A stretch of DNA of 64,000 bases, taken from Heptranchias perlo. Its lineage: Eukaryota. Positions 48,850 to 59,936 of this stretch are shown here, in pieces (position 1 is the first letter of the stretch; every line of letters begins with the position of its first letter). Position numbers and translations under genes: made by a program. Location of the stretch: NCBI RefSeq assembly GCF_035084215.1, contig NC_090367.1, forward strand, positions 7,690,001-7,754,000, written 5' to 3'. The notes under the pieces were generated by a model that saw nothing but the letters and a program-made list of their open reading frames with translations, was not told where the DNA came from and ran no database searches.

Positions 48850-49140
48850 GCGCTGTCGGAGGTGCCGTCTTTCGGATGAGACGTTAACCGAGGGCCCCGC
48901 CTGCCCTCTCAGGTGGACGTAAAAGATCCCACGGCTCGCTATAGCAAGAAGAGCAGGGGGGGAGTTCTCCCCGGGTGTCCAGGGGCCAATATTTATCCCT
49001 CAACCAACATCACTTAAAAAAAACAGATGATCTGGTCGTCATCACATTGCTGTTTGTGGGATCTTGCTGTGCGCAAATTGGCTGACACGATGATAACAGC
49101 GACCGCACTTCAAAGAAAGTACTTAATTGGCTGTAAGGCG
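48850..49140 (+). mobile_element. DeuSINE-like copy (head missing)
   Basis: Family match. Confidence 0.8.
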
Positions 49141-49772
49141 TCCCGAGGCGCGTTCTCCCTCGCTTGGAGGCAGCTCCAGTTGGGACTGGGGGAGATAGCG
49201 AGGCCTAGTCAGAGGTTAGATGGAGAATGCCTGAGATATTTTAGCACACAGTAACTGTGGGAGTGTCTTCCCCCCATCCCCAACCTGACAACGTTTTATT
49301 CACAGTGCTGACGACAGGCCGCCCGATGTATTTATGACTAGGCCATAATTACACCCGATTTCTGCTGCTGTAATTCCCTGTGACATCGTCTCCCAGATAT
49401 TGGACTGTAATTTGAATTGAGGCCTGCTCGGTTTTAATGACCCGTTATGGATCAGTTGTCACTCTGCCTCCGAAGCGGTGACACGGAGAGAGGTTTCGTT
49501 CAGATCTCTTGAGTTTCCCTCCCGATCAGCCTGCTCCTCTCGAAGGATGGTTCGTTCGGCCATCTCTGCCCCGCTAGACTGATGGTTCGGGATCGTCTTG
49601 TTAGGGCCTCGAGCTGGTGGGTGGCCTGCGTTCGTGCGTGTTGGTTGTTCTTTTTAAAACGGAGAAGGCCGAGGTGAAAGGTTAGACTGAAAGGCACCCT
49701 AAGGTCAAAAGACGGTCTACGAGATGAGGTAAATCAGTGGTTTGCGACGTCAAGCTTGGCCTTCAAGAGGCC

Positions 49773-51075
49773 TGGGGAGGGGAGGAGGGAGGGGAGGGGA
49801 CGAGGGAGGGGAGGAGGAGGGGACGAGGGAGGGGAGGAGGAAGGACGAGGGAGGGGAGGAGGAAGGGACGAGGGAGGGAGAGGGGACGAGGAGGGAGAGG
49901 GACGAGGGAGGGAGAGGGGACGAGGAGGGAGAGGGGACGAGGGAGGGACGGGGGGGGGGAGGAGGAAGGGACGAGGGAGGGAGGAGGAAGGGACGAGGGA
50001 GGGAGAGGGGACGAGGGAGGGAGAGGGGACGAGGGAGGGAGAGGGGAGGAGGAAGGGACGGGGGGGGGGGAAGGGAGGAGGAAGGGACAAGGGGGGAATG
50101 GAGGAGGAAGGGACGAGGGAGGGAGAGGGGAGTAGGAAGGGAGGAGGAAGGACGAGGGGGGGAATGGAGAGGGAGGGACGGGAGAGGGGACGAGGGGAAG
50201 AGGGAGGGACGGGAGAGGGGAGGAGGGAGGGACGGGAGAGGGGAGGAGGGAGGGACGAGGGAGGGGAGGAGGGAGGGACGAGGGAGGGGAGGAGGGAGGG
50301 GAGAGGAAGGGAGGGGAGGGGAGGAGGAAGGGATGAGGGAGGGGAGGAGGAAGGACGAGGGAGGGAGAGGGGAGGAGGAAGGGACGAGGGAGGGAGAGGG
50401 GAGGAGGAAGGGAGAGAGGGGAGGAGGGAGGGAGAGAGAGGGGAGGAGGAGGGGAGGAGGGAGGGAGAGAGAGGGAGGAGGAGGGGAGGAGGGAGGGAGA
50501 GAGAGGGGAGGAGGAAGGGACGAGGGAGGGAGAGAGAGAGAGAGGGGAGGAGGAAGGGACGAGGGAGGGAGAGAGAGGGGAGGAGCAAGGGACGAGGGAG
50601 GGAGAGAGAGGGGAGGAGGAAGGGACGAGGGAGGAGAGAGAGGGGAGGAGGAAGGGACGAGGGGGTGAGAGAAGGGGAGGAGGAAGGGACGAGGGAGGGA
50701 GAGAGAGGGAGGAGGAAGGGACGAGGGAGGGAGAGGGGAGGAGGAAGGGACGAGGGAGGGAGGGAGAGGGGAGGAGGAAGGGACGAGGGAGGGAGGGGAG
50801 AGGGGAGGAGGAAGGGACGAGGAGGGAGGGAGAGGGGAGGAGGAAGGGACGAGGGAGGAGAGGGGAGGAGGAAGGGACGAGGGAGGAGGAAGGGACGAGG
50901 GAGCGCGAGGGAGGAGGAAGGGACGAGGGAGCGAGAGGGGAGGAGGAAGGGACGAGGAGGGAGGAGGGAGGGGAGGAGGAAGGGACAATGGAGCGGAGGA
51001 GGAAGGGACGATGGAGGGGACGAGGAAGAGGAAGGGACGAGGGAGGGGACGAGGAAGGGACAATGGAGGGGAGGA
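49773..51075. repeat. Polypurine GGA/GGGA low-complexity tract (GGAGGAAGGGACGAGGGA)
   Basis: About 1.3 kb almost all G/A. Confidence 0.95.
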
Positions 51076-51320
51076 GAGATGAGGAGAATTTTTTAACGCA
51101 GCGAGTTGTGATGATCTGGAATGCGCTGCCTGAAAGGGCGGTGGAAGCAGATTCAATAATAACTTTCAAAAGGAATTGGATAAATACTTGAAGGGGAAAA
51201 AATTTGCAGGGCTATGGGGAAAGAGCAGGGGGGAGTGGGACTAATTGGAGAGCTCTTTCAAAGGGCCGGCACGGGGCACGACGGCCGAATGGCCTCCTTC
51301 TGTGCTGTATGATTCTATGG
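51075..51320 (+). mobile_element. CR1 LINE 3' end
   Basis: NFLTQRVVMIWNALPERAVEADSIITFKR and tail GGCCGAATGGCCTCCTTCTGTGCTGTATGATTCTATG. Confidence 0.85.
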
Positions 51321-51726
51321 TGCAGATCTGTAACCATTGACTATGAAGCTGTTTTTGGTTGTGACTATTACCTCTTGTTGGTCCTGTGCGTACGTGTTCC
51401 TGCCTGGAGAGCCTGGCCCCGTCTCCATGTCACTGCTGTGACCACTGAACCCTCCGTCTCCCTCGCTCCCCTGATCCGCGCCTGCATTTGTCTGGAATCT
51501 GGGGGGCCTTGATTCCGAAGGCCTGGGTTACGGGTGGGAGGGTCTTGGTGACTGCACATCCCTTTCCAGGGCTGGTTCTTCCTCTTCCCCTACCTCAACG
51601 GTACTGAGGCCAAACGTAGGCTCCCCTCGCCCACAAACCCCGCCGAGATCAGCTGACACGGCACAGGCCGATAATGGGGCCTGGGACTTCCTGAACACCA
51701 CAGTTGCCAACTGAACCACAGGGGGT

Positions 51727-52692
51727 GCTGACCCTCCGACGGTTGCAGCACTCCCTCAGTACTGACCCTCCGACAGTGCAGCGCTCCCTCAGTACTGACC
51801 CTCCGACAGTGCGACGCTCCCTCAGTACTGACCCTCCGACAGTGCTGCGCTCCCTCAGTACTGACCCCTCCGACAGTGCAGCGCTCCCTCAGTACTGACC
51901 CTCCGACAGTGCAGCGCTCCCTCAGTACTGACCCTCCGACAGTGCAGCGCTCCCTCAGTACTGACCCTCCGACAGTGCTGCGCTCCCTCAGTACTGACCC
52001 TCCGACAGTGCAGCGCTCCCCTCAGTACTGACCCTCCGACAGTGCAGCGCTCCCTCAGTACTGACCCTCGACAGTGCAGCGCTCCCTCAGTACTGACCCT
52101 CCGACAGTGCAGCGCTCCCTCAGTACTGACCCTCCGACAGTGCGACGCTCCCTCAGTACTGACCCTCCGACAGTGCTGCGCTCCCTCAGTACTGACCCTC
52201 CGACAGTGCAGCGCTCCCTCAGTACTGACCCTCCGACAGTGCAGCGCTCCCTCAGTACTGACCCTCCGACAGTGCAGCGCTCCCTCAGTACTGACCCTCC
52301 GACAGTGCAGCGCTCCCTCAGTACTGACCCTCCGACAGTGCAGCGCTCCCTCGGTCCTGACCCTCCGACAGTGCAGCGCTCCCTCAGTACTGACCCTCCG
52401 ACAATGCAGCGCTCCCTCAGTACTGACCCTCCGACAGTGCGACGCTCCCTCAGTACTGACCCTCCGACAGTGCTGCGCTCCCTCAGTACTGACCCTCCGA
52501 CAGTGCAGCGCTCCCTCAGTACTGACCCTCCGACAGTGCAGCGCTCCCTCGGTCCTGACCCTCCGACAGTGCAGCGCTCCCTCAGTACTGGTACTGGGAG
52601 TGTCGGCCTGGATTATGGGGCTCGAGTCTCTGGAGTGGGGCTCGAACCCATGACCTTCTGACTCGGAGGGGAGAGCGAGGGAGATAGCCACA
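51727..52692 (-). mobile_element. DeuSINE head with tandem amplification of a 33-bp piece of its central domain (about 26 copies)
   Basis: Unit CTGACCCTCCGACAGTGCAGCGCTCCCTCAGTA runs directly into CAGTACTGGTACTGGGAGTGTCGGCCTGGATTATGGGGCTCG... SINE head. Confidence 0.9.
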
Positions 52693-53100
52693 GTGATACC
52701 TTGTGTTTGCTTTGTTCCCTGCTATCCGTTGCCTCTTTTGGTTGTGTGTCTCTTGTGTTGGCTGCCCTCTTATCTTCTGTGGATTTGCATCAAGTCACTA
52801 ATTAACTAGTGGCTTGGTACCAGTAGCTCCCCTTAGTCTGTCCTCTCCCAGCCCCTGCCTACCACCCTCACTCACCACCTCACCTTCCCCCATTGGCGAG
52901 GCGGGTTATCCCCCTCCGAATCTCCGGTCTCGATGGGGCAGCAGGTCGGGGGCTCAACGATTGGCCTCAGGACCCCAGGTACAGGTGTGGAGCCGCGGGA
53001 GGGGGGCCGGTGGGAGGTCAGGGCGGGCGGGCAACAGAGAGAAGCAAACCGCCCCCTGATCGACATTTGGTGACCCGCTGTCGAAAGGACAGATTGGCGA

Positions 53101-53131
53101 GGGGAGGAGGGGGGGGTGGGGAGGGGGGGGG

Positions 53132-53177
<46 letters not shown>
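53101..53177 (+). repeat. Poly-G tract (45 uninterrupted G at 53133-53177)
   Basis: Directly visible. Confidence 0.9.
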
Positions 53178-53372
53178 CTTGGATCCGGTGCGGTGGCACG
53201 CCTCCCTTGGTCGAATAGCCGGCCGACGCTCACAGAACCCGGGCTCGCAGGCCGAGGAATGGGTCATTCAGAGCGGCGGTGGGCGGGGTGGGGAGCGGGG
53301 TGGTGGAAATGTCAGCGGGCGACCCCTCCGAGTCGGATTCTGCCATCGTTTTCGCAGCCGAGGGCTCAGCCT

Positions 53373-53453
53373 TATTAAAAACGCCGCGACAGGCTGGAGG
53401 AGCTCTGCTGGGCCAGTAACCTCATTGCCTGCCTGTGTACGCTGTCGGTAAGT
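53373..53453 (+). promoter_or_regulatory. Candidate promoter / non-coding first exon of the RASGRP gene
   Basis: CpG-rich surroundings, TATTAAAA at 53373, consensus donor G|GTAAGT at 53448, 3 kb upstream of the acceptor at 56526. Confidence 0.25.
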
Positions 53454-54032
53454 GGGACACAGTGTCCCCATGTGATCGGCAACAGACGACGTGCGTCTGC
53501 CTGCCTGCCCTGTCCTGTGCAGACGGAATCTCTCCCAGCCCAAATTCTCTCTCGCCGGAGCCCAGCGATCCGTCTCCATGAGGGGAGTGATTCACCGCGG
53601 AGTTCCGAGCACTCGTGAGTTAACCTTTCTACCTCTTTGACTGCCCGGCCTCTCCCTCCATTGACATCCCACCCTTCAACCCCATGCTGAGAAGACGGGC
53701 CGAGTACGTGGCCCCCCCCCCAGACCTGGGCCTGTTAGGAATTCCATGGGGGCCCCTGGGGCATGATGCGTCCGCCTGTGTGCCTGTGAGTTAGCATCTG
53801 ACGTCCTGTTCCATCCCCTTTGTCAAAGTAAGTCAGTGCCCGAGGCCTCCCTGGAAAATCGACAGGCTGGTAAATTATTTAGTGCCTCCTGAAAATGTCT
53901 GAAAGTGTATGAATATTCAATGGAATACTTTTAACTGTTGTCAGGTAGGTGATGCGGCAGCTGATTTGAAGGCAGGCTGTTTAACTCCTTGGATCGCGGC
54001 CAAGGGCCATTTGACGTCCTGAACAGGCAGGT

Positions 54033-54180
54033 GGTTTAACGTCGCGTCCGAGAGACGGCACCTCCGACAGTTGCGGCACTCCCTCGGTCGGGCCTGGATT
54101 ATGGGCCGCCAGTCCCCGGAGCGGGGCTCGAACCCACGGCCTTCTGACTCGGCGGGGGGGGCTGCTGCCGACTGAGCCGG
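54033..54180 (-). mobile_element. DeuSINE-like 5' fragment
   Basis: Reverse complement family match. Confidence 0.7.
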
Positions 54181-54439
54181 TCGCTATCAGAGGCGGCAGA
54201 GCGTGGCAGACGCACAGAGCTCGCTGTGTGACTGTTTCCTGTGCTTGAGTTGTGTATTGGTGGTGATTATTTGAGGGTCAGTGTTGTTTAACAGTATCAG
54301 TGGCAATCGATGGGCTGTGGTGAGACCCTCCTTTTAGAACAAGTCAGTCAAAGTGACTGATGGCAGGGCGGGGATTTGCTTCCCTCCAAATTTATCACCC
54401 TCCTCCCCTGAGAAAGAAAGACTTGCATTTGTATTATAG

Positions 54440-55170
54440 AATCTTACCGCACAGGAGGAGGCCACTCAGCCCATCGTGCCTGTGCTGGCCCTTTGAAAGA
54501 GCTCTCCAATTAGTCCTCTTTCCCCACAGCCCTGCAAATTTTTCCCTTTTCAAGTATTTCTCCAATTCCCCTTTTGAAAGTTATTATTGAATCTGCTTCC
54601 ACCGCCCTTTCAGGCAGCGCATTCCAGATCATCACAACTCGCTGCGTAAAAAAAACATTCTCCTCGTCTCCCCCCCCCCTCTGGTTCTTTTATCTTAAAT
54701 CTGGTTCCTCTGGTCACCGACCCTCCTGCCACTGGAAACAGTTTCTCCTTATTTACTCTATCAAAACCCCTCATGATTTTGAACACCTCGATTAAATCTC
54801 CCCTTAACCTTCTCTGCTGTAAGGAGAACAATCCCAGCTTCTCCAGTCTCTCCACATAACTGAAGTCCCTCATCCCTGGTCCCATTCTAGTAAATCTCCT
54901 CTGCACCCTCTCCAAGGCCTTGACATCCTTCCTAAAGTGTGAGGCCCAGAATTGGACACAATGCTCCAGCTGGGGCCTAACCAGTGATTTATAAAGGTTT
55001 AGTATAACTTCCTTGTTTTTGTACTCTACGCCTCTATTTATAAAACCCAGGATCCCGTAATCTTTTTTTAACAGCCTTCCCAACCTGTCCTGCCACCTTC
55101 AAAGATTTCCAGGTCTCTCTGTTCCTGCACCCCCTTTAAAATTGTACCGTTTAGTTTATATTGCCTCTCC
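54440..55170 (-). mobile_element. 5'-truncated CR1 LINE
   Basis: [58 protein letters not shown]...RRLRGDLIEVFKIM. Confidence 0.92.
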
Positions 55171-55173
55171 TTG

Positions 55174-56105
55174 TTGATACAGGGCTATGGGGAGAGAGCG
55201 GGGCAGTGGGATTAGTTTTGGATTGATACAGGGCTATGGGGAGAGAGTGGGGCAGTGGGATTAGTTTTGGATTGATACAGGGCTATGGGGAGAGAGTGGG
55301 GCAGTGGGATTAGTTTGGGATTGATACTGGGCTATGGGGAGAGAGCGGGGCAGTGGGATTAGTTTGGGATTGATACAGGGCTATGGGGAGAGAGCGGGGC
55401 AGTGGGATTAGTTTGGGATTGATACAGGGCTATGGGGAGAGAGCGGGGCAGTGGGATTAGTTTGGGATTGATACAGGGCTATGGGGAGAGAGCGGGGCAG
55501 TGGGATTAGTTTGGGATTGATACAGGGCTATGGGGAGAGAGTGGGGCAGTGGGATTAGTTTGTGATTGATACAGGGCTATGGGGAGAGAGTGGGGCAGTG
55601 GGATTAGTTTGGATTGATACAGGGCTATGGGGAGAGAGCGGGGCAGTGGGATTAGTTTGGGATTGATACAGGGCTATGGGGAGAGAGCGGGGCAGTGGGA
55701 TTAGTTTGGGATTGATACAGGGCTATGGGGAGAGAGTGGGCAGTGGGATTAGTTTGGGATTGATACAGGGCTATGGGGAGAGAGCGGGGCAGTGGGATTA
55801 GTTTGGGATTGATACAGGGCTATGGGGAGAGAGCGGGGCAGTGGGATTAGTTTGGGATTGATACAGGGCTATGGGGAGAGAGCGGGCAGTGGATTAGTTT
55901 GGGATTGATACAGGGCTATGGGGAGAGAGCGGGGCAGTGGGATTAGTTTGGGATTGATACAGGGCTATGGGGAGAGAGCGGGGCAGTGGGATTAGTTTGG
56001 GGATTGATACAGGGCTATGGGAGAGAGCGGGGCAGTGGGATTAAATTGGAATTGCCCTTGCAGGGAGCCAGCACCGACACAATGGGCCGAATGGCCTCCT
56101 TCCAG
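55174..56105 (+). repeat. 49-bp minisatellite (GATTGATACAGGGCTATGGGGAGAGAGCGGGGCAGTGGGATTAGTTTGG), about 18 copies, ending in a CR1 3' UTR
   Basis: Unit resembles CAGGGCTATGGGGAAAGAGCAGGGGGGAGTGGGACTAATTGG of the CR1 end at ~51207-51250; last copy continues into GGGCCGAATGGCCTCCTT. Confidence 0.9.
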
Positions 56106-56627
56106 ACTGCAGGCTGCTCTTGTGCTACTTTATAAAATCAACTCTTGTTGGCGAGCTGGCTTTACCGAGCCCCACAAACCGGCCGTGCAGAGCCAGCGGA
56201 GTTCGGTGGTAGAGACAGGAGGGGACGCGACGGGGGGTCTCAGCGTGCCCAGGCTCTTGTTTCCGATCGACTTTTCCCCCCCTCCCCCCCAGTGAGAGAG
56301 TGGACGTCGGGGGTGAGGGTCGATTGGACTCTGCTGTGATTCCCTCCGTTGCTTGGTTACCGTCACTAGGCAACAGGCAAAGCAAGGCCCCGAAGCCCTA
56401 CTCCCAGTTTGGGGTCAAGGCCTTTCGTTGAGGAGAAATGTTACAGAAAGTCATATCGGCAGGGACCTCCTCCTTGTTTTTTTTATCTTGTTTTGTTGTT
56501 TAATAGAAGAACCTCTCACTTTACAGGATACTGCCCGCTGGGGTGAAAGAGTGAGGGAGGATCTACCCGGTCCCAACCACCTCCTGGGCTAGTCGCCCGA
56601 CCGCTGGCTCTGGGAACAAATGGCGAG

Positions 56628-56721
56628 ATGTCCGGGAAAGAGGAGGAGAAGTCAGAGTTCCTGGAGGCCACAAAGTCAGCCACCATCGACGAGATGATTG
56701 AGAGCTGCATCAAAGAATTCG
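56628..56721 (+). CDS. RASGRP2: RAS guanyl-releasing protein (RASGRP2/3-like), first coding exon (REM domain start)
   Basis: MSGKEEEKSEFLEATKSATIDEMIESCIKEF + G|GTGAGC donor (phase 1); acceptor CTCTCACTTTACAG ending 56526; in-frame upstream TGA at 56544; resembles KAATLDELLCTCIEMF / KGCTVEELLRGCIEAF. Paralogue choice rests on PYGM linkage. Confidence 0.8.
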
Positions 56722-57119
56722 GTGAGCAAGAGAGTATCCCATTCCCGCTTTGAATTCCAACCTGGCCGCGTCTGCTTTGAGAACTTCCCTCCCTCCCCCC
56801 TTCTCTCGTTTTTTCACCCCCCATTCCTCCTGAGGGCACTGTCTCTCGCTGGGCGAGGGGGGCATGAGATTGCACAGGGCTGCCTCACCCATGGGGTGCC
56901 CTGTCTTGACGTGCGGGTCTGAACTATGACCTCTGCGAGCCTCCGAGAATTCTGCGCGAGATGGAATTCTCATTGCCGGCTTTATGTTCAGTGGGATTTG
57001 GACTTATGGAAATGTCGGGCATGACCAGGCCAGATGGTACATCAAGCCTGCCCCTCACGCAGTCGTAATGCCTGCAGCATCATGAATAGACACCTCCCCT
57101 ACCCAACAGTAATCCCCCC

Positions 57120-57547
57120 GGGTGCTCGCTGACCTACATCGGCTCTCAGTCCACCAACGCCTCGAATTTAAGATTCCCACCCTTGTTTTCAAATCCCTCC
57201 ATGGCCCTCGCCCCCCTCCCTATCTCTGTAACCTCCTCCAGCCCTACAACCCTCCGAGATCTCTGCGCTCCTCCAATTCTGGCCTCTTGTGCATCCCCGA
57301 TTTTAATCGCTCCACCATTGGCGGCCGTGCCTTCAGCTGCCTGGGCCCTAAGCTCTGGAATTCCCTCCCTAAACCTCTCCGCCTCTCTCTCCTCCTTTAA
57401 GACGCTCCTTAAAACCTCCCTCTTAGGTCACCTGTCCTAATATCTCCTCATGTGGCTCGGTGTCAAATTTTGTCTGATAATCGTTCCTGTGACACGCCTT
57501 GGGACGTACATTAAAGGCGCTATATAAATGCAGGTGGTTGTTGTTGA
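57120..57547 (+). mobile_element. L2-clade LINE 3' end (intronic)
   Basis: LADLHRLSVHQRLEFKIPTLVFKSLHG...GGRAFSCLGPKLWNSLP; tail AAAGGCGCTATATAAATGCAGGTGGTTGTTGTTG. Confidence 0.88.
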
Positions 57548-57889
57548 GAGGTAAAGAAACAATTTAAAAAAAAAACCACGGACAATTAGGTGAGAGAAAG
57601 AATCTGGAACATTCCTCTTGGAGTCCCCTTTAATCAATTGAAAACCAGCCCAGGAGACCATATCGACTCTGATTTATTGATTCCAGCGAATTAATCAAAA
57701 CCTCTGTTGGTTCAATCCTTTAAAAAGTAACAAGGTACTGAGAGAGACAAGGAGCTGATTGAATGCACTGAACACCACAGCTTGCCTTTAATTGGTCCTC
57801 TATCACCTCACAATCTCTCTCTCGGGACTACATGCAATGGATTACAGAGACTGTTATGTGGGTGATTGTAGTTCTTGCAGTGTCAGTGA

Positions 57890-58328
57890 CCTTTCATGAC
57901 CTCAGGACGTCCCAAGGCGTTTTACAGCCAACGAATTACTTTTGAAGTGTCGTCACCGCTGGGAAACACGGCAGCCGATTTGCGCACAGCAAGATCCCAC
58001 AAACAGCAACCTGATGGTGACCAAATCATGTGTTCTTTAGTGACGTTGGTTGAGGGATAAATATCGGCCCAGGACACCGGGGAGAGCTCCCCGCCCCCCC
58101 CTGCTCTTCTTCCAATAGTGGCCGTTGGATCTTTTACGTCCACCTGAGAGGGGCAGACGGGGCCCTCGGTTTAAGGTCTCATCCGAAAGACGGCACCTCC
58201 GACAGTGCGGCACTCCCTCAGCACCGGCACCGGGAGTGTCGGCCTGGGTTATGGGGCTCGAGTCTCCGGAGTGGGACTCGAACCTTCAGACTCGGAGGCG
58301 AAGGAGAGAGATACCCACTGAGGCACGG
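57890..58328 (-). mobile_element. DeuSINE-like copy (intronic)
   Basis: Reverse complement family match. Confidence 0.85.
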
Positions 58329-58960
58329 CTGGTGCCTGAACATCTCACCAACAGCAATGAAGCAAATTGGCAGTTAATCTGGTTTTGGTGGGCACTGATG
58401 AAGGGAGATGGTAAAATCTGGTTGAAAGCAGAGGCGGAAAAAATCTTCCTCTCTCAAATTTGTGACGCGATAACCCAAGAAGGGCAGAGATGGAGAATCA
58501 ATGAAGCTCTTTGAGAGACAGAGAGAGAGAGAGAGAGAGATACTTTCAGGAGAAGGAAGGCGTTGGGAGAAAGAGAATTGGGATTAAAGAGATATCAAGC
58601 TGATAGAATGGGACAGCAGGCTTGATGGGCCAAATGGCCTGGTCCTGTTAGTAAAGATCGCACCGACACTATTGGAAGAAGAGCAGAGGGAGTTCTCCTG
58701 GTGTCATGGAACCAAAATTCCTCCCTCAACCAACACCAAACCAAACCTAACCAGATTAACCGCTTGTTCACCTCATGGCCGTTTGTGGGATCTTGCTGGT
58801 CTTCAAAATGGCCGCCACATTTGAGGACCTTATGACGGTCGCCGCGCTCCAAAGAACAGGAGATGGCAGCCACGTGAATGGAGATTTCCAACATGACCAG
58901 GGCACTGGGTGAAATCAGATATCGTTGCCTATAACCGTCTCTCCCTTCACTCCACTCCAG

Positions 58961-59063
58961 ACGACAAGGGGAGGCTGAAGAACCAGACTCTCCCTCGCCT
59001 GTTCCTGATGATGCACCAGTGGTACCTGCCCTCGACGGAGCTGGTGGGAAAACTCCTCAAATT
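58961..59063 (+). CDS. RASGRP2: RASGRP2/3-like second coding exon (103 nt, REM domain)
   Basis: Pyrimidine tract + CCAG acceptor; (D)DKGRLKNQTLPRLFLMMHQWYLPSTELVGKLLK; phase joins exon 1 (G+AC = Asp); matches FLMMHPWYIPSSQLAAKLL / LPRIVLLMHRWYLSSTELAEKLL. Confidence 0.88.
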
Positions 59064-59073
59064 ATATCCTTTT
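59064..59073 (+). promoter_or_regulatory. U12-type (AT-AC) 5' splice site ATATCCTTTT
   Basis: Exact RTATCCTTT minor-spliceosome consensus where RASGRP similarity ends; no consensus GT donor there. Confidence 0.8.
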
Positions 59074-59093
59074 CCTGGCGTTGAGGGAGTGAA

Positions 59094-59293
59094 NNNNNNN
59101 NNNNNNNNNNNNNNNNNNNNNNNNNNNNNNNNNNNNNNNNNNNNNNNNNNNNNNNNNNNNNNNNNNNNNNNNNNNNNNNNNNNNNNNNNNNNNNNNNNNN
59201 NNNNNNNNNNNNNNNNNNNNNNNNNNNNNNNNNNNNNNNNNNNNNNNNNNNNNNNNNNNNNNNNNNNNNNNNNNNNNNNNNNNNNNNNNNNNN
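59094..59293. other. Assembly gap, 200 N (fixed-size scaffolding join)
   Basis: Run of N. Confidence 0.99.
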
Positions 59294-59312
59294 TGACGTT
59301 TTACTACGTTAA

Positions 59313-59936
59313 TTTATTGCAAGGGGGTTGGAGTACAAGAGTGTCTTGCTGCAATTGTACAGGGCTTTGGTGAGGCCACACCTGGAGTACTGCGTACAGT
59401 TTTGGTCTCCTTACCTAAGGAAGGATATACTTGCCTTAGAGGCGGTGCAACAAAGATTCACCAGATTAATTCCTGGGATGAGAGGGTTGTACTATGAGGA
59501 GAGATTGAGTAGAATGGACCTATACTCTCTGGAGTTTAGAAGAATCAGAGGTGATCACATTGAAACATATAGGATTCTGAGGGGGCTTGACAGGGTGGAT
59601 GCTGAGAGGATGTTTCCCCTGGCTGGAGTCTAGAACTAGGGGTCACAGACTCAGGATAAGGGGTCAGACATTTAAGACTGAGATGAGGAGGAATTTCCTC
59701 ACTCAGAGGGTTGTGAATCTTTGGAATTCTCTACCCAGAGGGCTGTGGATGCTCAGTCGTTGAGTATAATCAAGACTGAGATCGATAGATTTTTGGAATC
59801 TAATGGAATCAAGGGATATGGGGATCGGGCGGGAAAGTGGAGTTGAGGTCAAAGATTGGCCAGATCTTAATGAATGGTGGAGCAGGCTCGAGGGGCCGAA
59901 TGGCCGACTCCCGCTCCTATTTCTTATGTTTCCTAT
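59313..59936 (+). mobile_element. 5'-truncated CR1 LINE, close relative of 46663-47345
   Basis: [47 protein letters not shown]; same 3' UTR. Confidence 0.92.

Noticed and set aside
49734..51169. Gly/Arg/Glu-rich and Pro/Ser-rich ORFs
   Set aside because: Polypurine tract lacking T, hence stop-free in several frames.
51338..51372. Possible PYG exon 19 (DYEA motif)
   Set aside because: Only four residues match; FKVFA and KCQ context and splice sites are absent.
58909..59373. ORF spanning the N gap
   Set aside because: Artefact of translating Ns; only 58961-59063 is exon.
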